A DNA stretch of 64,000 nt, from the NCBI GenBank assembly GCA_944391505.1, contig CALXTV010000005.1, positions 5,033-69,032 of the forward strand. Direction: 5' to 3'. The notes under the pieces were generated by a model. That model was not told where the DNA came from, did no database searches, and saw nothing but the letters and a program-made list of their open reading frames with translations. A program made the translations under genes and the position numbers. This DNA is from an uncultured Alphaproteobacteria bacterium (GTDB lineage Bacteria; Pseudomonadota; Alphaproteobacteria; RF32; CAG-239). This document shows, piece by piece, positions 11,632-21,503 of the stretch (its first letter is position 1; every line of letters starts with the position of its first letter).

Positions 11632-12111
11632 TTATTTTATCGAACGAAGTGCTTTTAAAAGCTCCATTTCGGCTTCAGAGCGCGAATCCGAAACACCGAA
11701 AGTTTCAGATTCTTTGTCTTTGCGGAACGGCATTGCGGATTTTGTATTTCCGAAACGTTCTCCGGTATTTTTTTCGTCTTTAATGGTACGTCCGTCTTTT
11801 ATCATAATTTCCAAACGGTCGGCCAGATTATCCGCCCTTTCGTTAATGAAAGTCAAATCATCTTTCAGGGTTTTGGCATTGTCGACGATTTCTTTGAGGC
11901 CTTCCGACGAATGTTCGGTAACCGATTTGAGTTTGGGAATTGAATTTTCGGCTTTAAATGTTGCTTCGTTAAGTGACTGTACCAGTTGTGACAGACTTTT
12001 CTGGTTTTGACGCAGAATGTTTAAATTCCGATTGAGCCGGTATGCAAAGACAATGGTCGGAATCAAAAGCCCGATAATGGTCAAGTTGATGATTAGTTCA
12101 AAGCTATCCAT
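11632..12111 (-). CDS. membrane-anchored coiled-coil hypothetical protein in the flagellar operon
   Basis: 159 aa with an N-terminal TM helix (LIINLTIIGLLIPTIVFAY). It overlaps the fliM stop by 8 bp. Confidence 0.45.
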   Translation of the reverse strand: MDSFELIINLTIIGLLIPTIVFAYRLNRNLNILRQNQKSLSQLVQSLNEATFKAENSIPKLKSVTEHSSEGLKEIVDNAKTLKDDLTFINERADNLADRLEIMIKDGRTIKDEKNTGERFGNTKSAMPFRKDKESETFGVSDSRSEAEMELLKALRSIK

Positions 12112-13195
12112 TGCGTTCTGCCTTATCTTTTACTTTAATAACAACGTGTTCAGCTTTGCGTCCCATGCAGCCCTTAAGCAGGGGAACGTCGCCGCAGATG
12201 AGTGTGACGTCATCGGTGCAGGACATTTCCAAAGGCAGAAAAGAACCCTTTTCCCATTTGGCAATTTCGCCCAGACTAATCAGACGCTCTTTGAGAATGG
12301 CCTTGATTTCGACATCGGTTTCCCACAACTGTTCCATCAGGTGATTTTCCCAGATGGTGTCCCGTCCGTAGCGTTCGCCCATAAACATCTGAAGCAGAAG
12401 GTCACGAACCGGTTCCAGTGTTGCATAGGGAATCATCAGGTCGATTTTTCCACCGCGGTCTTCCATGTCTATGCGCAGGTGGGCGACGATGACAGCGTTG
12501 GAAAGCCGGGTTATGGTTGCAAAACGCGGATTGGTTTCCAGACGGTCATAAGAAAAGTTGACGGAAGTTATCGGGTCAAAAGATGTTGAAAGATCGGAGA
12601 GAATCAGCTCAATCATGTCTTTGACGAGGTTTAATTCAATCGTGGTGTAGGGTCTTCCTTCAATGCGCATGGCGGCTGTGCCGCGGCGTCCGCCGAGCAG
12701 AACGTCGACGATGGAATAAACCAGAGAAGAATCTACGGACATCAGACCGAAATTGTCCCATTCTTCGGCTTTGAAAACGGCCAACAGGGTCGGCAGAGTC
12801 AGGGAATCGATATATTCGCCGAAGCGCATGGATTCAATATTGTCGAGAGAAACTTCAACGTTGTCCTGTGTAAAATTGCGGAGTGATGTGGCCATCATGC
12901 GAATCAGGCGGTCAAACACAATGTCGAGCATGGGCAGACGCTCGTAAGAAACCATGGAGGCATTTAAAATGGCGCGGACGCCGGTTTTCATCTCATAGTT
13001 TTCTTCATCATCATCCGGCGTGTATCCGAACAGGGAATCAATTTCTTCCTGATTGAGAATTTTTGAATCGCCGGCATCTCCCGCTGGTGCTGCCGTTTCG
13101 CCGTCATCGCGGATTTTTATGGCATCGGCCCAGTTTTGGTCTTCCTTGCGGGCGGCGTCTTGTTCCTGATTATTTGTTTGATTTTCCTCTGCCAC
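12104..13195 (-). CDS. fliM: flagellar motor switch protein FliM
   Basis: LNQEEIDSLFG motif and the FliM middle domain; 363 aa. Confidence 0.85.
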   Translation of the reverse strand: MAEENQTNNQEQDAARKEDQNWADAIKIRDDGETAAPAGDAGDSKILNQEEIDSLFGYTPDDDEENYEMKTGVRAILNASMVSYERLPMLDIVFDRLIRMMATSLRNFTQDNVEVSLDNIESMRFGEYIDSLTLPTLLAVFKAEEWDNFGLMSVDSSLVYSIVDVLLGGRRGTAAMRIEGRPYTTIELNLVKDMIELILSDLSTSFDPITSVNFSYDRLETNPRFATITRLSNAVIVAHLRIDMEDRGGKIDLMIPYATLEPVRDLLLQMFMGERYGRDTIWENHLMEQLWETDVEIKAILKERLISLGEIAKWEKGSFLPLEMSCTDDVTLICGDVPLLKGCMGRKAEHVVIKVKDKAERNG

Positions 13196-13216
13196 TTTGG
13201 GTGTCCTTAAAGTTGG

Positions 13217-13744
13217 TTATTTATCAATTCCGAAAGCTTTGAAGTTAAGGTTGGATACCACAACCGGGCTGACAATCAGGTTGATGCGGTACAGCAGTTC
13301 TTCCTTGAGCCAATAAAGACCGTTGGAACCGCTGATTTCATCCGGTGTCAGTTCAATTGTATGCGCAATGACCGCGTCGACGATTTTGGGCATGAGCCCT
13401 TCGACAATCTGAACGTCTTCGACCCTGGTCAGTTCAAGATTGAGACGAAAACTGACATCCTGCGGTGTGCCGGCAGCATCTTTGATGCGGACGTTAATTT
13501 CGGGAATATCGTAGAGTATTGTAAGTTTGTTTTCTGCGTTTTCGCCTTCGGCCGGACGTTCGACAACGGCGTAAGAAAGACTCTGCGGCCCGGTTTTTTT
13601 ACTGAAAACAGAGTAAAAGCTTACAACCAGCCCGATTGCAATCAGTGCCGGCAGCAGAAAAACAAGTATTTTTTTGCGGTCGATTTTCTTTTTGCCGTCT
13701 TCGACATCCGAATCCGCATCAAAATCATCGTCCAAATTTGCCAT
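13217..13744 (-). CDS. fliL: flagellar basal body-associated protein FliL
   Basis: 175 aa with a single TM helix (ILVFLLPALIAIGLVV), a periplasmic domain, and a position upstream of fliM. Confidence 0.8.
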   Translation of the reverse strand: MANLDDDFDADSDVEDGKKKIDRKKILVFLLPALIAIGLVVSFYSVFSKKTGPQSLSYAVVERPAEGENAENKLTILYDIPEINVRIKDAAGTPQDVSFRLNLELTRVEDVQIVEGLMPKIVDAVIAHTIELTPDEISGSNGLYWLKEELLYRINLIVSPVVVSNLNFKAFGIDK

Positions 13745-14019
13745 AACCCAACCTTAACAATAGATTTTCCTATTCGGCATTTTATAATATTTTTTTTAGA
13801 AAGAAACCCTAAAAACATACTTATTAAACGGATTTGTCATTTTAACCATTATTTCAGGATTTTCGATGTATAAAACAGACAGAAAAGTTCTTTTGAAGCT
13901 TGGTGCCGCCGATTGTTACAGATATGTTAATTTTGAGGAAAATTAAAGCTTTGACATGGAAAAAAAGGCGTGTTTATGGTAAGATAGACAAGAGTTGAAT
14001 AAGACGAGGCATAAGTGTA

Positions 14020-14790
14020 ATGTACATATGGGTTCTGCTGGCGACATTTATAGCAATTTTGTATTCGTTTAATCTGCCGACGCGTTCAGATATGCGCGAA
14101 ATTTATGTCGAACCACAAGCGGAGGCGATTGTCAGCAAAATGCTTTTGCAACATCGGGCGGCTGAAAATTATGCCAGGGATCTTGGTTATACGTCTTATT
14201 ATCCCGGAGAAGTCGATTTTGATCTGCTGTGTCGGATGAATTATCTTCCGTACGGTCTGGAAGGATGTAACCCTGCCGATACCAGCAAAATCGAGCGCAG
14301 GCAGGAAATTCATTCGCGGATATATTGTCTGGACGAAAGTTCGTCCGGTTATTCCAAATCGGTAACCGGCTGTCCGGGGAGCCCGAGCTGCTGTAGCAAA
14401 GATAATTCTTACAATTATGTCGTGACTTACGGCTGTGTGCCGCAGCGGTGGCGGAATATTAAGACCGGCAAGCCCAACAATGACCTGCTGAACGCAATAA
14501 AAAACACAGTCGGCGTCGGTGTTAATATCGGATATGCCGATTTTGAAGACAAAACGTTTACGCGGGTTTATGACGAGGCTGACAACAAGACCGTGCAGGA
14601 CAAATATACGATGCATCTGGTCGGACGGGAAATTGAATGGATCGGTATTCCCGAGTATGTGGTTAACGATACGGAAGGCGGCAGCGAATCTTTCAACCGG
14701 ATGTGCGTCGAACCTCTGAGGGACGACGAAGGAAATGTGGTTGAGCAACAGGGCTGTTCCTATTGTATGGTTTATATCACGCCGATTTAG
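14020..14790 (+). CDS. hypothetical membrane-anchored Cys-containing protein (256 aa)
   Basis: N-terminal TM helix (MYIWVLLATFIAILYSF) and 12 cysteines. It lies 7 bp upstream of the giant pilin-like gene and is probably co-transcribed with it. Confidence 0.5.
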   Translation: MYIWVLLATFIAILYSFNLPTRSDMREIYVEPQAEAIVSKMLLQHRAAENYARDLGYTSYYPGEVDFDLLCRMNYLPYGLEGCNPADTSKIERRQEIHSRIYCLDESSSGYSKSVTGCPGSPSCCSKDNSYNYVVTYGCVPQRWRNIKTGKPNNDLLNAIKNTVGVGVNIGYADFEDKTFTRVYDEADNKTVQDKYTMHLVGREIEWIGIPEYVVNDTEGGSESFNRMCVEPLRDDEGNVVEQQGCSYCMVYITPI

Positions 14791-14796
14791 GCGGAG

Positions 14797-17700
14797 ATGA
14801 GGAGAAAAATGATGTCGAAAAGCAGATTTGCAAAGCTGAATGAGCTGGGAAGCCTGATGGTCGAGGCGATGGCTATGCTTGCCCTCATTTCCATGGTTAC
14901 GCCGATTTTGTACCGGAAAGCTGCCGAAAGAACGACTGAATTGCAAGATATTAATGCGGCCGGACAGATGCGTAGCCTGATTAAGGCAGTAGACGATTAT
15001 GTCCGCGATAATTATAATGCCATTGTTGCCGGCGAGCGGGTTGAAAACAGTGCCAACAACTCGGTTAATTACAGCGATTTGGTCAGCGGTGGCAAAAAGA
15101 CGATTAACATTACGCATTTCCGCGACTATCTGCCTTACGGTTTTTTGGATTCTTCCGGAAATGTACAGGATACAAAGACTTTCAGCAAGGATTATAAGGT
15201 TGCGTTCAAATATACCGATGCGGGAGGGCGCAAGGCCGTAACCGCTTTTGTTGTGGCAGAACCAAAAGAAAAAGATGATTTTCCGATGCTGCGGGCATCG
15301 CGTATTGCGTCCATGGTCGGCACAAACGGCGGTTATGCTCAGGTCAGCGGAGGAAAGGTTACAGTTAACGGTGTGCAGGGTATTTGGACGATTGACAATA
15401 TGAACAATGAACTGGGAATTACGACGACCAACGGTTCAATCGTTACCTCTTCCGTTCAGCCCATTACGGAGGCCGGAGGTGGCGGCAACAACGAAAATTA
15501 TCTGTATCGTATAGATATGAGTGGCAACCCGTCAACGGCCAAGCTGAATCAGATGGAGGCAAATCTGAAACTCGGGGCGGACAACGGAACGCATCATAAC
15601 ATCACTAACGTCAACCAACTGATTATTTCGGCACAGAATCAGGCCAATTTTTCGGATAAAAGCAGCGGGAATGACGGTGCTTTGCTGATTGAAGGTACCG
15701 GCGGTGCTACAATCGGCGGCAATACGATTATCGGTGGAAGTTCGACGATTACGGGGACGTTGTCGGCGCTGGCTGATAAGTTCAGGGTTAATGAGGCCGG
15801 TCTGCAATATGGTGATTTGTTTACAGTTACCGAAACCAACCTGAAATACGGCAATAACGGCGACGTTATCAACGCCAGCAGTTCCAATCTGAATTTGCTG
15901 AACGGAAAAATTACGGTTGATGCGAACGATACAAAGATTGCCAACAAGACGACGATTGGAACGACTGGGACAGCAACGACTTCCGACTATCAGATGCTGG
16001 TCAAGGGCAATGCTGAAGTAACCGGAATATTGACGGCGGGAGAAGTTCGTACGCCTAAATTTAAATCCCTTACTTTGGATGCCGGTGCGACGACGTACAA
16101 CGGCCCTTGGAACTTGCATGTTGAATCGACAAAAGCCAGTTTGGCACAACCGGATTTCAACGTGGCGACGGATAAGTTGAAAATTACTTCTGCGGAATCG
16201 AGCATGAGAAATGCGACGGTTACGCTGAATGCAAATGACGTGGCTTCCGTTGTCCTTAATACAAGCGGTGCCGAAATCAGTTCGACGAATAACGTTAAGA
16301 TGCACGGCAATAATAGTGTTCATTTGTATACGGGGACAATGTCGCCTACATTGACAGCCGGCGAAGTTAGTATTCAGGATTCAATGTTCCGAGCAAACCG
16401 CAATACGGTTGCGATTAACTCCATCGTCAACAGCTTTACGGTCAGAAACACGGTCGGAGACAAGCTGGATCAGGCCGATATTGCCAATGCGGTAAGCCGG
16501 GTTCGCAATATGACTTTTCAGGCTGAAAATCCGGACGGTACCTCTGTCTTTTCAGTTAACCCGAAAACGGCCGGTTCGGAAACAATAAGTGCCAATGTGC
16601 GCACGGTTGACGTGCGTTCTGCCGGGTTGGTCATTGATTCATCGGACGGAAACACCAATCGCAGCGTTAATGCCAAGAACGGCGGCACGGCGACAACGCA
16701 GGCTTATACTTACATCGGCAAAGGCAGAATCGATGTTAAAGATAACGCCGCCAATAAGATTTTTGTCGTTGATGCCAGAGATGTAGACAAGTCTACGGCT
16801 AACCGCGGCAGCGTTTATGTCCGCAAAGGTGTTCTTGAGCTGGAATCCGGCTATGCTTCCAAATTGACCGATGCACAGGTTCAGGCGCAGGCAACTTCTA
16901 CGGCTAATGACAAGGGCTATGTGCGGGCGGACCGTTTCGTCTCCAACCGCAGTTGGACGAATCCTATACAGAGCGGTGTTCCGTCCGGGTTTAACCGTGG
17001 GGTTGTCTATGATGCATATCAGGTTAATCCGGCTTATACGTCGGTTATGCACGATATAAAACTGACCTCCAGAGGTGGAGCTCGTTTAAGTGACATTCTG
17101 CCGGATTTCATTAACAAAGGTATTTATGTGGTTGACAATACTTATCTGGAAACTTTTGGCAGCTGGGAAAATTCTTCGGGTTGTCCGAACCATACCAGCG
17201 GTAACAGCTGTCAGACGGTGGCTAACGGCTATGTGGCCAACAACCATACCGACTGGACGTCGCCGTGGTTGGGTGTGGTTCCGGCGCCGATGTGTCCGCC
17301 TGGATATGCCAAGGTTATTACGATTACACCGGCCGGTTTCGCCATGGCTCAAGCCGGTATTCCGGGAACCAGACAGCCCGGCAGAAAGCAGGATATCGTG
17401 ATTGTGAACTATCCGAAGAATCCGAATGAGGATTATTCAGCCAATCCGTCCGCAGCGCCAGTGCCGCTTTATTTCCAAAAGAGTACCTGGTTGCGTGCCA
17501 AGGTCTATACGCATGGCTCGGACAATACGTTTAAGGGTTGGAGTGCTATCATGGGCTTTATGTATCCTTACACGTACTATAAACAGTATATGGATGATTT
17601 GGGTTTGGGACTGAGCGGCAGTGACGCCATTGCCTGGAATCTGTTTCCGGTTTTCAGAAAGCAGTTGGAAGCTTATGCTACGGTTTATTGTTACTTTGAC

Positions 17701-17874
17701 CGCAAGGGTGGTTTGGGAACGATATTTAACTCGGATTTGGTAGATACAACTTATGATCAGTTGTCGAATTTCCGGGCGCCGATGAGCGGAAAAACACCAA
17801 GTGCAACAGGAAATGACAACGGTTACTTTAACCGTCTGAACGATCCGAATCTTAAATATACGGAACCGTGGTAA
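14797..17874 (+). CDS. giant (1025 aa) Asn/Thr/Gly-rich surface protein with a TadE/pseudopilin-like N-terminal segment
   Basis: The N-terminus, MMSKSRFAKLNELG|SLMVEAMAMLALISMVTPIL, has a Gly followed by a hydrophobic helix with Glu at +5. This matches the TadE-like/type IV pilin class-III signal pattern. The body has low complexity, with about 30% N/T/G/S. Confidence 0.55.
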   Translation: MRRKMMSKSRFAKLNELGSLMVEAMAMLALISMVTPILYRKAAERTTELQDINAAGQMRSLIKAVDDYVRDNYNAIVAGERVENSANNSVNYSDLVSGGKKTINITHFRDYLPYGFLDSSGNVQDTKTFSKDYKVAFKYTDAGGRKAVTAFVVAEPKEKDDFPMLRASRIASMVGTNGGYAQVSGGKVTVNGVQGIWTIDNMNNELGITTTNGSIVTSSVQPITEAGGGGNNENYLYRIDMSGNPSTAKLNQMEANLKLGADNGTHHNITNVNQLIISAQNQANFSDKSSGNDGALLIEGTGGATIGGNTIIGGSSTITGTLSALADKFRVNEAGLQYGDLFTVTETNLKYGNNGDVINASSSNLNLLNGKITVDANDTKIANKTTIGTTGTATTSDYQMLVKGNAEVTGILTAGEVRTPKFKSLTLDAGATTYNGPWNLHVESTKASLAQPDFNVATDKLKITSAESSMRNATVTLNANDVASVVLNTSGAEISSTNNVKMHGNNSVHLYTGTMSPTLTAGEVSIQDSMFRANRNTVAINSIVNSFTVRNTVGDKLDQADIANAVSRVRNMTFQAENPDGTSVFSVNPKTAGSETISANVRTVDVRSAGLVIDSSDGNTNRSVNAKNGGTATTQAYTYIGKGRIDVKDNAANKIFVVDARDVDKSTANRGSVYVRKGVLELESGYASKLTDAQVQAQATSTANDKGYVRADRFVSNRSWTNPIQSGVPSGFNRGVVYDAYQVNPAYTSVMHDIKLTSRGGARLSDILPDFINKGIYVVDNTYLETFGSWENSSGCPNHTSGNSCQTVANGYVANNHTDWTSPWLGVVPAPMCPPGYAKVITITPAGFAMAQAGIPGTRQPGRKQDIVIVNYPKNPNEDYSANPSAAPVPLYFQKSTWLRAKVYTHGSDNTFKGWSAIMGFMYPYTYYKQYMDDLGLGLSGSDAIAWNLFPVFRKQLEAYATVYCYFDRKGGLGTIFNSDLVDTTYDQLSNFRAPMSGKTPSATGNDNGYFNRLNDPNLKYTEPW

Positions 17875-17896
17875 TATGGTTTTGAAAACTGCAAGC

Positions 17897-17930
17897 CCCG
17901 GAAAAACGGGGCTTTTTTTTGTAAAATGGG
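17897..17930 (+). terminator. intrinsic terminator (GCCCCGGAAAAACGGGGC + T8)
   Basis: Perfect hairpin followed by T8, lying after the stop of the 1025-aa gene. Confidence 0.6.
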
Positions 17931-18013
17931 AAAAGTGGATATTTTTTGATGTAAAAATTTTTTATTTAAGTATTATGTACGAATAATGCATATTGATTTG
18001 AAGGAGATTTTGA

Positions 18014-18751
18014 ATGAAATTCGCAGCGCTGTTGATGATGGGGGTTTCGCTTGGATTGACATTTCCTGCAATGGCTCAGAATGCCAGATATGGCGTGCAG
18101 TCTTTTCAGCAAAAAAGTACTTCCTTGCGTCAGACGGAAGAAGACAATCTGCCGCCGGTTATCAGCCAAAGTATGATTGACTCCATCGGCAGCAGCGGAA
18201 TTGCCAATATTACCGATGCCGAGGCCGTTTTTTGTTATCAGGTTGCTTCCAAGCCGGCCGGTTATAAAGGATATACGATTAACAACGTTGCGGTTTCCGG
18301 TTTTTGCGGAATTATTGAGGACAACCTCAAAAACATGATTGTCCGGCAGTTTTTTGCTACGCCGGAAAATATTTCTTCCGATGTGGCGCAGTGTGTTATT
18401 AAGCCGCGGTTGATGCTGCGTTTTGTCCGCGGCGTGGATTATACGGATGTTTTGCTTTCGTCTCCCTGTCATTCTTTTTCTGTTTTTTACGGCGGCAAAG
18501 TGCGTTCTTATAACTTTAGTCCGGCGGCGGAGATTATTGATGTCATGGTTGAGTCTTTCCGTCCGAAGACCATTCCGTTTGTGTCTCCGGCAATGCTGCG
18601 ACAGTTGCTGCCGATTGGCGTTGCACAGACGCCGGCTCAAAAAGAAATGGTGGCCAAGCAAAGCGGCCCCGTTCGCAACTGGGAAACTCAATCTGCTCCA
18701 GCCAAACCTGCTGTCCAGAAAAAAGGCGGGTGGAATAATTTGAACCTTTAA
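18014..18751 (+). CDS. secreted hypothetical protein (245 aa)
   Basis: Clear Sec signal peptide (MKFAALLMMGVSLGLTFPAMAQ). No family recognised. Confidence 0.5.
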   Translation: MKFAALLMMGVSLGLTFPAMAQNARYGVQSFQQKSTSLRQTEEDNLPPVISQSMIDSIGSSGIANITDAEAVFCYQVASKPAGYKGYTINNVAVSGFCGIIEDNLKNMIVRQFFATPENISSDVAQCVIKPRLMLRFVRGVDYTDVLLSSPCHSFSVFYGGKVRSYNFSPAAEIIDVMVESFRPKTIPFVSPAMLRQLLPIGVAQTPAQKEMVAKQSGPVRNWETQSAPAKPAVQKKGGWNNLNL

Positions 18752-18793
18752 AACCTCGTATTGGGTGTTTGGTAAAGAATGTCTTTCTGAGTT

Positions 18794-19846
18794 TTAAGGT
18801 AGGTAAACGACCTGATTGAAGACGTTTTCCAAGAAAAACAGCGATATAAAACAAAGCAAAGCGGCCATTATCGGCGTAAATATCCAGCCGAGGGCAATAT
18901 GTCCAAGGATATTCCAGCTTATGCTGCGGCCGCCTTTTGCCAATCCGATGCCGATGATGGCGCCGATGACAGCCTGGGAACTGGAGACAGGCACCAGCGG
19001 CAAGGCCGGCAGGTTATTGGCCAGCAAAAAGGCTTCCAGTTTTTCGGAGGCGAAAAGATAAAGTACCAATGACTGGGAGACCACCACAATCCAGGCGACA
19101 ATCGGTGACATACGCATCAGACCGTTGCCGATGGTTTTGATGATTTTGTGCGAGTAAGAAAAAATGCCGCTGCTGACGGCCAGGCCGCCGATAAAAAAGA
19201 GGACTTGTTCGGGGCTGAAAGTAAGCTGTCCGATTTTCAACGTCTGAAAGGGGGCGGAATCGACAAAGACGCCCATAACATTGGCAATATTGTTAGCGCC
19301 GAGAGCGTAGGCGCCGAAAGCGCCGGCGACAATCAGACCGATACGAGTATATAAATCCTGTCGAATCAGGTGGATTTTCGAATATTTTATCAGCGAACGG
19401 ACCAGAAAATAAATCAGCGTGGCCAGAATGCCGGCCAGAACCGGGCAGATAACCCAGGTGCTGACGATTTTGGAAACTATGCTTAAGTCAGTGGCCTTGC
19501 CGCTGTAAAAGTTCCAGCCGATGATGGCTCCGACGATAGCCTGCGAGGTGGAAACCGGCAGTCCGCCTTTGATCATCCAGTAAACACTGGCTGCGGCCGA
19601 AAGAGCAACCATGAAAGCGCCCGGAAGAGCGTTGACGTTGCCGAGTTCGGTCAGCGTTTCGGTTGTTCCGCCGCCGGAATAGACGGCGCCGAGAATCAGA
19701 AAAAAAGAGGAGATGACGGCAGCCGTGCGAAAGCGAACCATTTTGGTGCCGACAGCTGTGCCGAAAACGTTGGCGGCATCGTTGGCTCCGAGCGACCAAC
19801 CCAAAAACAGGCCGCTGCTCAGAAATATGAAATAGCTCAAATCCAT
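18794..19846 (-). CDS. pitA: inorganic phosphate transporter, PiT family
   Basis: GANDAANVFGTAVGT repeated signature; polytopic membrane protein. Confidence 0.85.
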   Translation of the reverse strand: MDLSYFIFLSSGLFLGWSLGANDAANVFGTAVGTKMVRFRTAAVISSFFLILGAVYSGGGTTETLTELGNVNALPGAFMVALSAAASVYWMIKGGLPVSTSQAIVGAIIGWNFYSGKATDLSIVSKIVSTWVICPVLAGILATLIYFLVRSLIKYSKIHLIRQDLYTRIGLIVAGAFGAYALGANNIANVMGVFVDSAPFQTLKIGQLTFSPEQVLFFIGGLAVSSGIFSYSHKIIKTIGNGLMRMSPIVAWIVVVSQSLVLYLFASEKLEAFLLANNLPALPLVPVSSSQAVIGAIIGIGLAKGGRSISWNILGHIALGWIFTPIMAALLCFISLFFLENVFNQVVYLP

Positions 19847-20505
19847 CAGATGTCCCTTTTAATGGTGAAAATCAGCAATTCGTCGACGCAGTCTTCGGCA
19901 ATGTCGGCAATATCGGCGACTTCGGTAATCAACAGGTCCATCTGCAGTTTGTTGGCAAGCGGCAAATCGGAATCGAAAATGGCCTCAAGCATACGGCCGG
20001 AGGTCAGATCCGATTCATGTTCAATAAAATATACTTTTTGTGAATAGTCGCGAACAGTGCTGAAATCCCGGAAAAAAGCCCGCGAGGCGATGGCCATGTT
20101 TTCGGCGCAATCGGAAACCTGCTCGCAGAGCTCAATGACCCGCGAATGGTACTCGGCCGGGATGTCGGGTTGCTCAATGTAAAATTTGTAGGTGACTTCA
20201 TCAAATTTGTTAACGATTTTATCAAGATTTTCAACCAAATGCAGAACATCGCCGCGAAGGTCCGGAATCAGGTTTTGGATGTAGAGTTTGTTTTCAATGT
20301 CACGGCGGAGGGCATCGGCGTCGTGTTCGATGGTTTTTATCTGTTTGCTCAGTTTGCGGTAGGCTTCGCTGCGTTTCTCGCTTAAAAATACGCGAATGGC
20401 CTTTTTGAAGGTCATGGCCGCGTCAATAATTTTGTCGTGGAACAGGTCTATTTTGTTTTCCAGCGATTTTGTGCGCGCAAACATAGAAACTTTAATATGG
20501 AACAT
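19846..20505 (-). CDS. DUF47 / PhoU-like Pit accessory protein
   Basis: 219-aa helical protein whose stop overlaps the pitA start (ATGA). This is the classic DUF47-pit pair. Confidence 0.75.
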   Translation of the reverse strand: MFHIKVSMFARTKSLENKIDLFHDKIIDAAMTFKKAIRVFLSEKRSEAYRKLSKQIKTIEHDADALRRDIENKLYIQNLIPDLRGDVLHLVENLDKIVNKFDEVTYKFYIEQPDIPAEYHSRVIELCEQVSDCAENMAIASRAFFRDFSTVRDYSQKVYFIEHESDLTSGRMLEAIFDSDLPLANKLQMDLLITEVADIADIAEDCVDELLIFTIKRDI

Positions 20506-20675
20506 CTCCGCATCCTTAATTTAAATTTTTTGACATCATACTCTTAAATTATGAAAAAAGCTTTAGCATTTTGAATGAAACACGAAAATTATTATATAAT
20601 TTTAGACTTGTAAATATATTTCAGATTGGCTAAATTATTAGGTGTTTTATTATATAATAATTTAAGGATACTAAA

Positions 20676-21398
20676 ATGAGTAAAATGAATTCACTTTACG
20701 TTTCGCTGCTGGCTTTGGTCGTGGCAATGGTTGCATTGGGTATGTGCATTCACTGCTGCGCTCAGAAGCAGTCGCTCAGCGTTGAAGAAACCCTGAACAA
20801 TAATCCGGAAATTATCATCAATGCCATGCAGAACTATGAGCAGAAGATGAGAGAACAGGCAGCAGCCGAAGCTCAGAAGCTGGTTGAGGCCAATCTGCCG
20901 GCGCTGAATAATGATCCGAACACGCCGTTTATCGGTGCTGCCGATGCAGAAACCGTTTTGGTAGAATTTTTTGACTTTTCCTGCCATTTCTGCCATCAGG
21001 TTTATCCGGCGGTTAAAAAAGCTGCCGAGGCTAATCCGGACATTAAAATTGTCTTTAAGCCGTTGACTTTCGTTGCGCCGATTTCTCAGTATGCGGCTAA
21101 GGCTGCTTTGGCGGCCAACGAACAGGGTAAATTCTTTGATGCTTATAAGGCTATCTTTGAATTTGACGGCAGACCGGATGAAGCCAAAATTGACGAACTG
21201 GTTGCTTCGACCGGCGTCGATATGGAAAAGCTGAAAGCCGACATGAATTCGGAAAAAGTTAATAGTGCTTTGAGCGGTATTAACGATTTGGCCGGCAAAA
21301 TTCAGGTTAACGGTGTTCCGGCTCTGTTCCTGAACGGCAAGCAGCTTCAGACGATTGATGAGGCTGAAATCCTGAGACAGATTGACGCTGCCAAATAA
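20676..21398 (+). CDS. DsbA-like thiol:disulfide interchange protein
   Basis: Signal/TM N-terminus and a thioredoxin fold with a CHFC active site (FFDFSCHFCHQVYP). Confidence 0.7.
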   Translation: MSKMNSLYVSLLALVVAMVALGMCIHCCAQKQSLSVEETLNNNPEIIINAMQNYEQKMREQAAAEAQKLVEANLPALNNDPNTPFIGAADAETVLVEFFDFSCHFCHQVYPAVKKAAEANPDIKIVFKPLTFVAPISQYAAKAALAANEQGKFFDAYKAIFEFDGRPDEAKIDELVASTGVDMEKLKADMNSEKVNSALSGINDLAGKIQVNGVPALFLNGKQLQTIDEAEILRQIDAAK

Positions 21399-21413
21399 GC
21401 CGTTTTCTGTTCA

Positions 21414-21497
21414 AAAAAAACAGCTTCCGTAAGGAGGCTGTTTTTTTGTGTATGGTTTGATTGAAAAAAAAAGCTCCCGGAAAGGAGCTTTTTTTCA
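21414..21497. terminator. pair of bidirectional A7-hairpin-T7 terminators between dsbA-like and pfk
   Basis: aaaaaaaacagcttccgtaaggaggctgttttttt and aaaaaaaaagctcccggaaaggagcttttttt. Confidence 0.55.
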
Positions 21498-21503
21498 ATT
21501 TGT

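Noticed and set aside
14086-15117. 343-aa minus ORF
   Set aside because: Antisense to the 14020 and 14797 genes; no start context and no motifs.
17966-18691. 241-aa minus-strand ORF
   Set aside because: Arg-rich, low-complexity antisense frame of the signal-peptide protein at 18014-18751; the plus-strand gene is the credible one.
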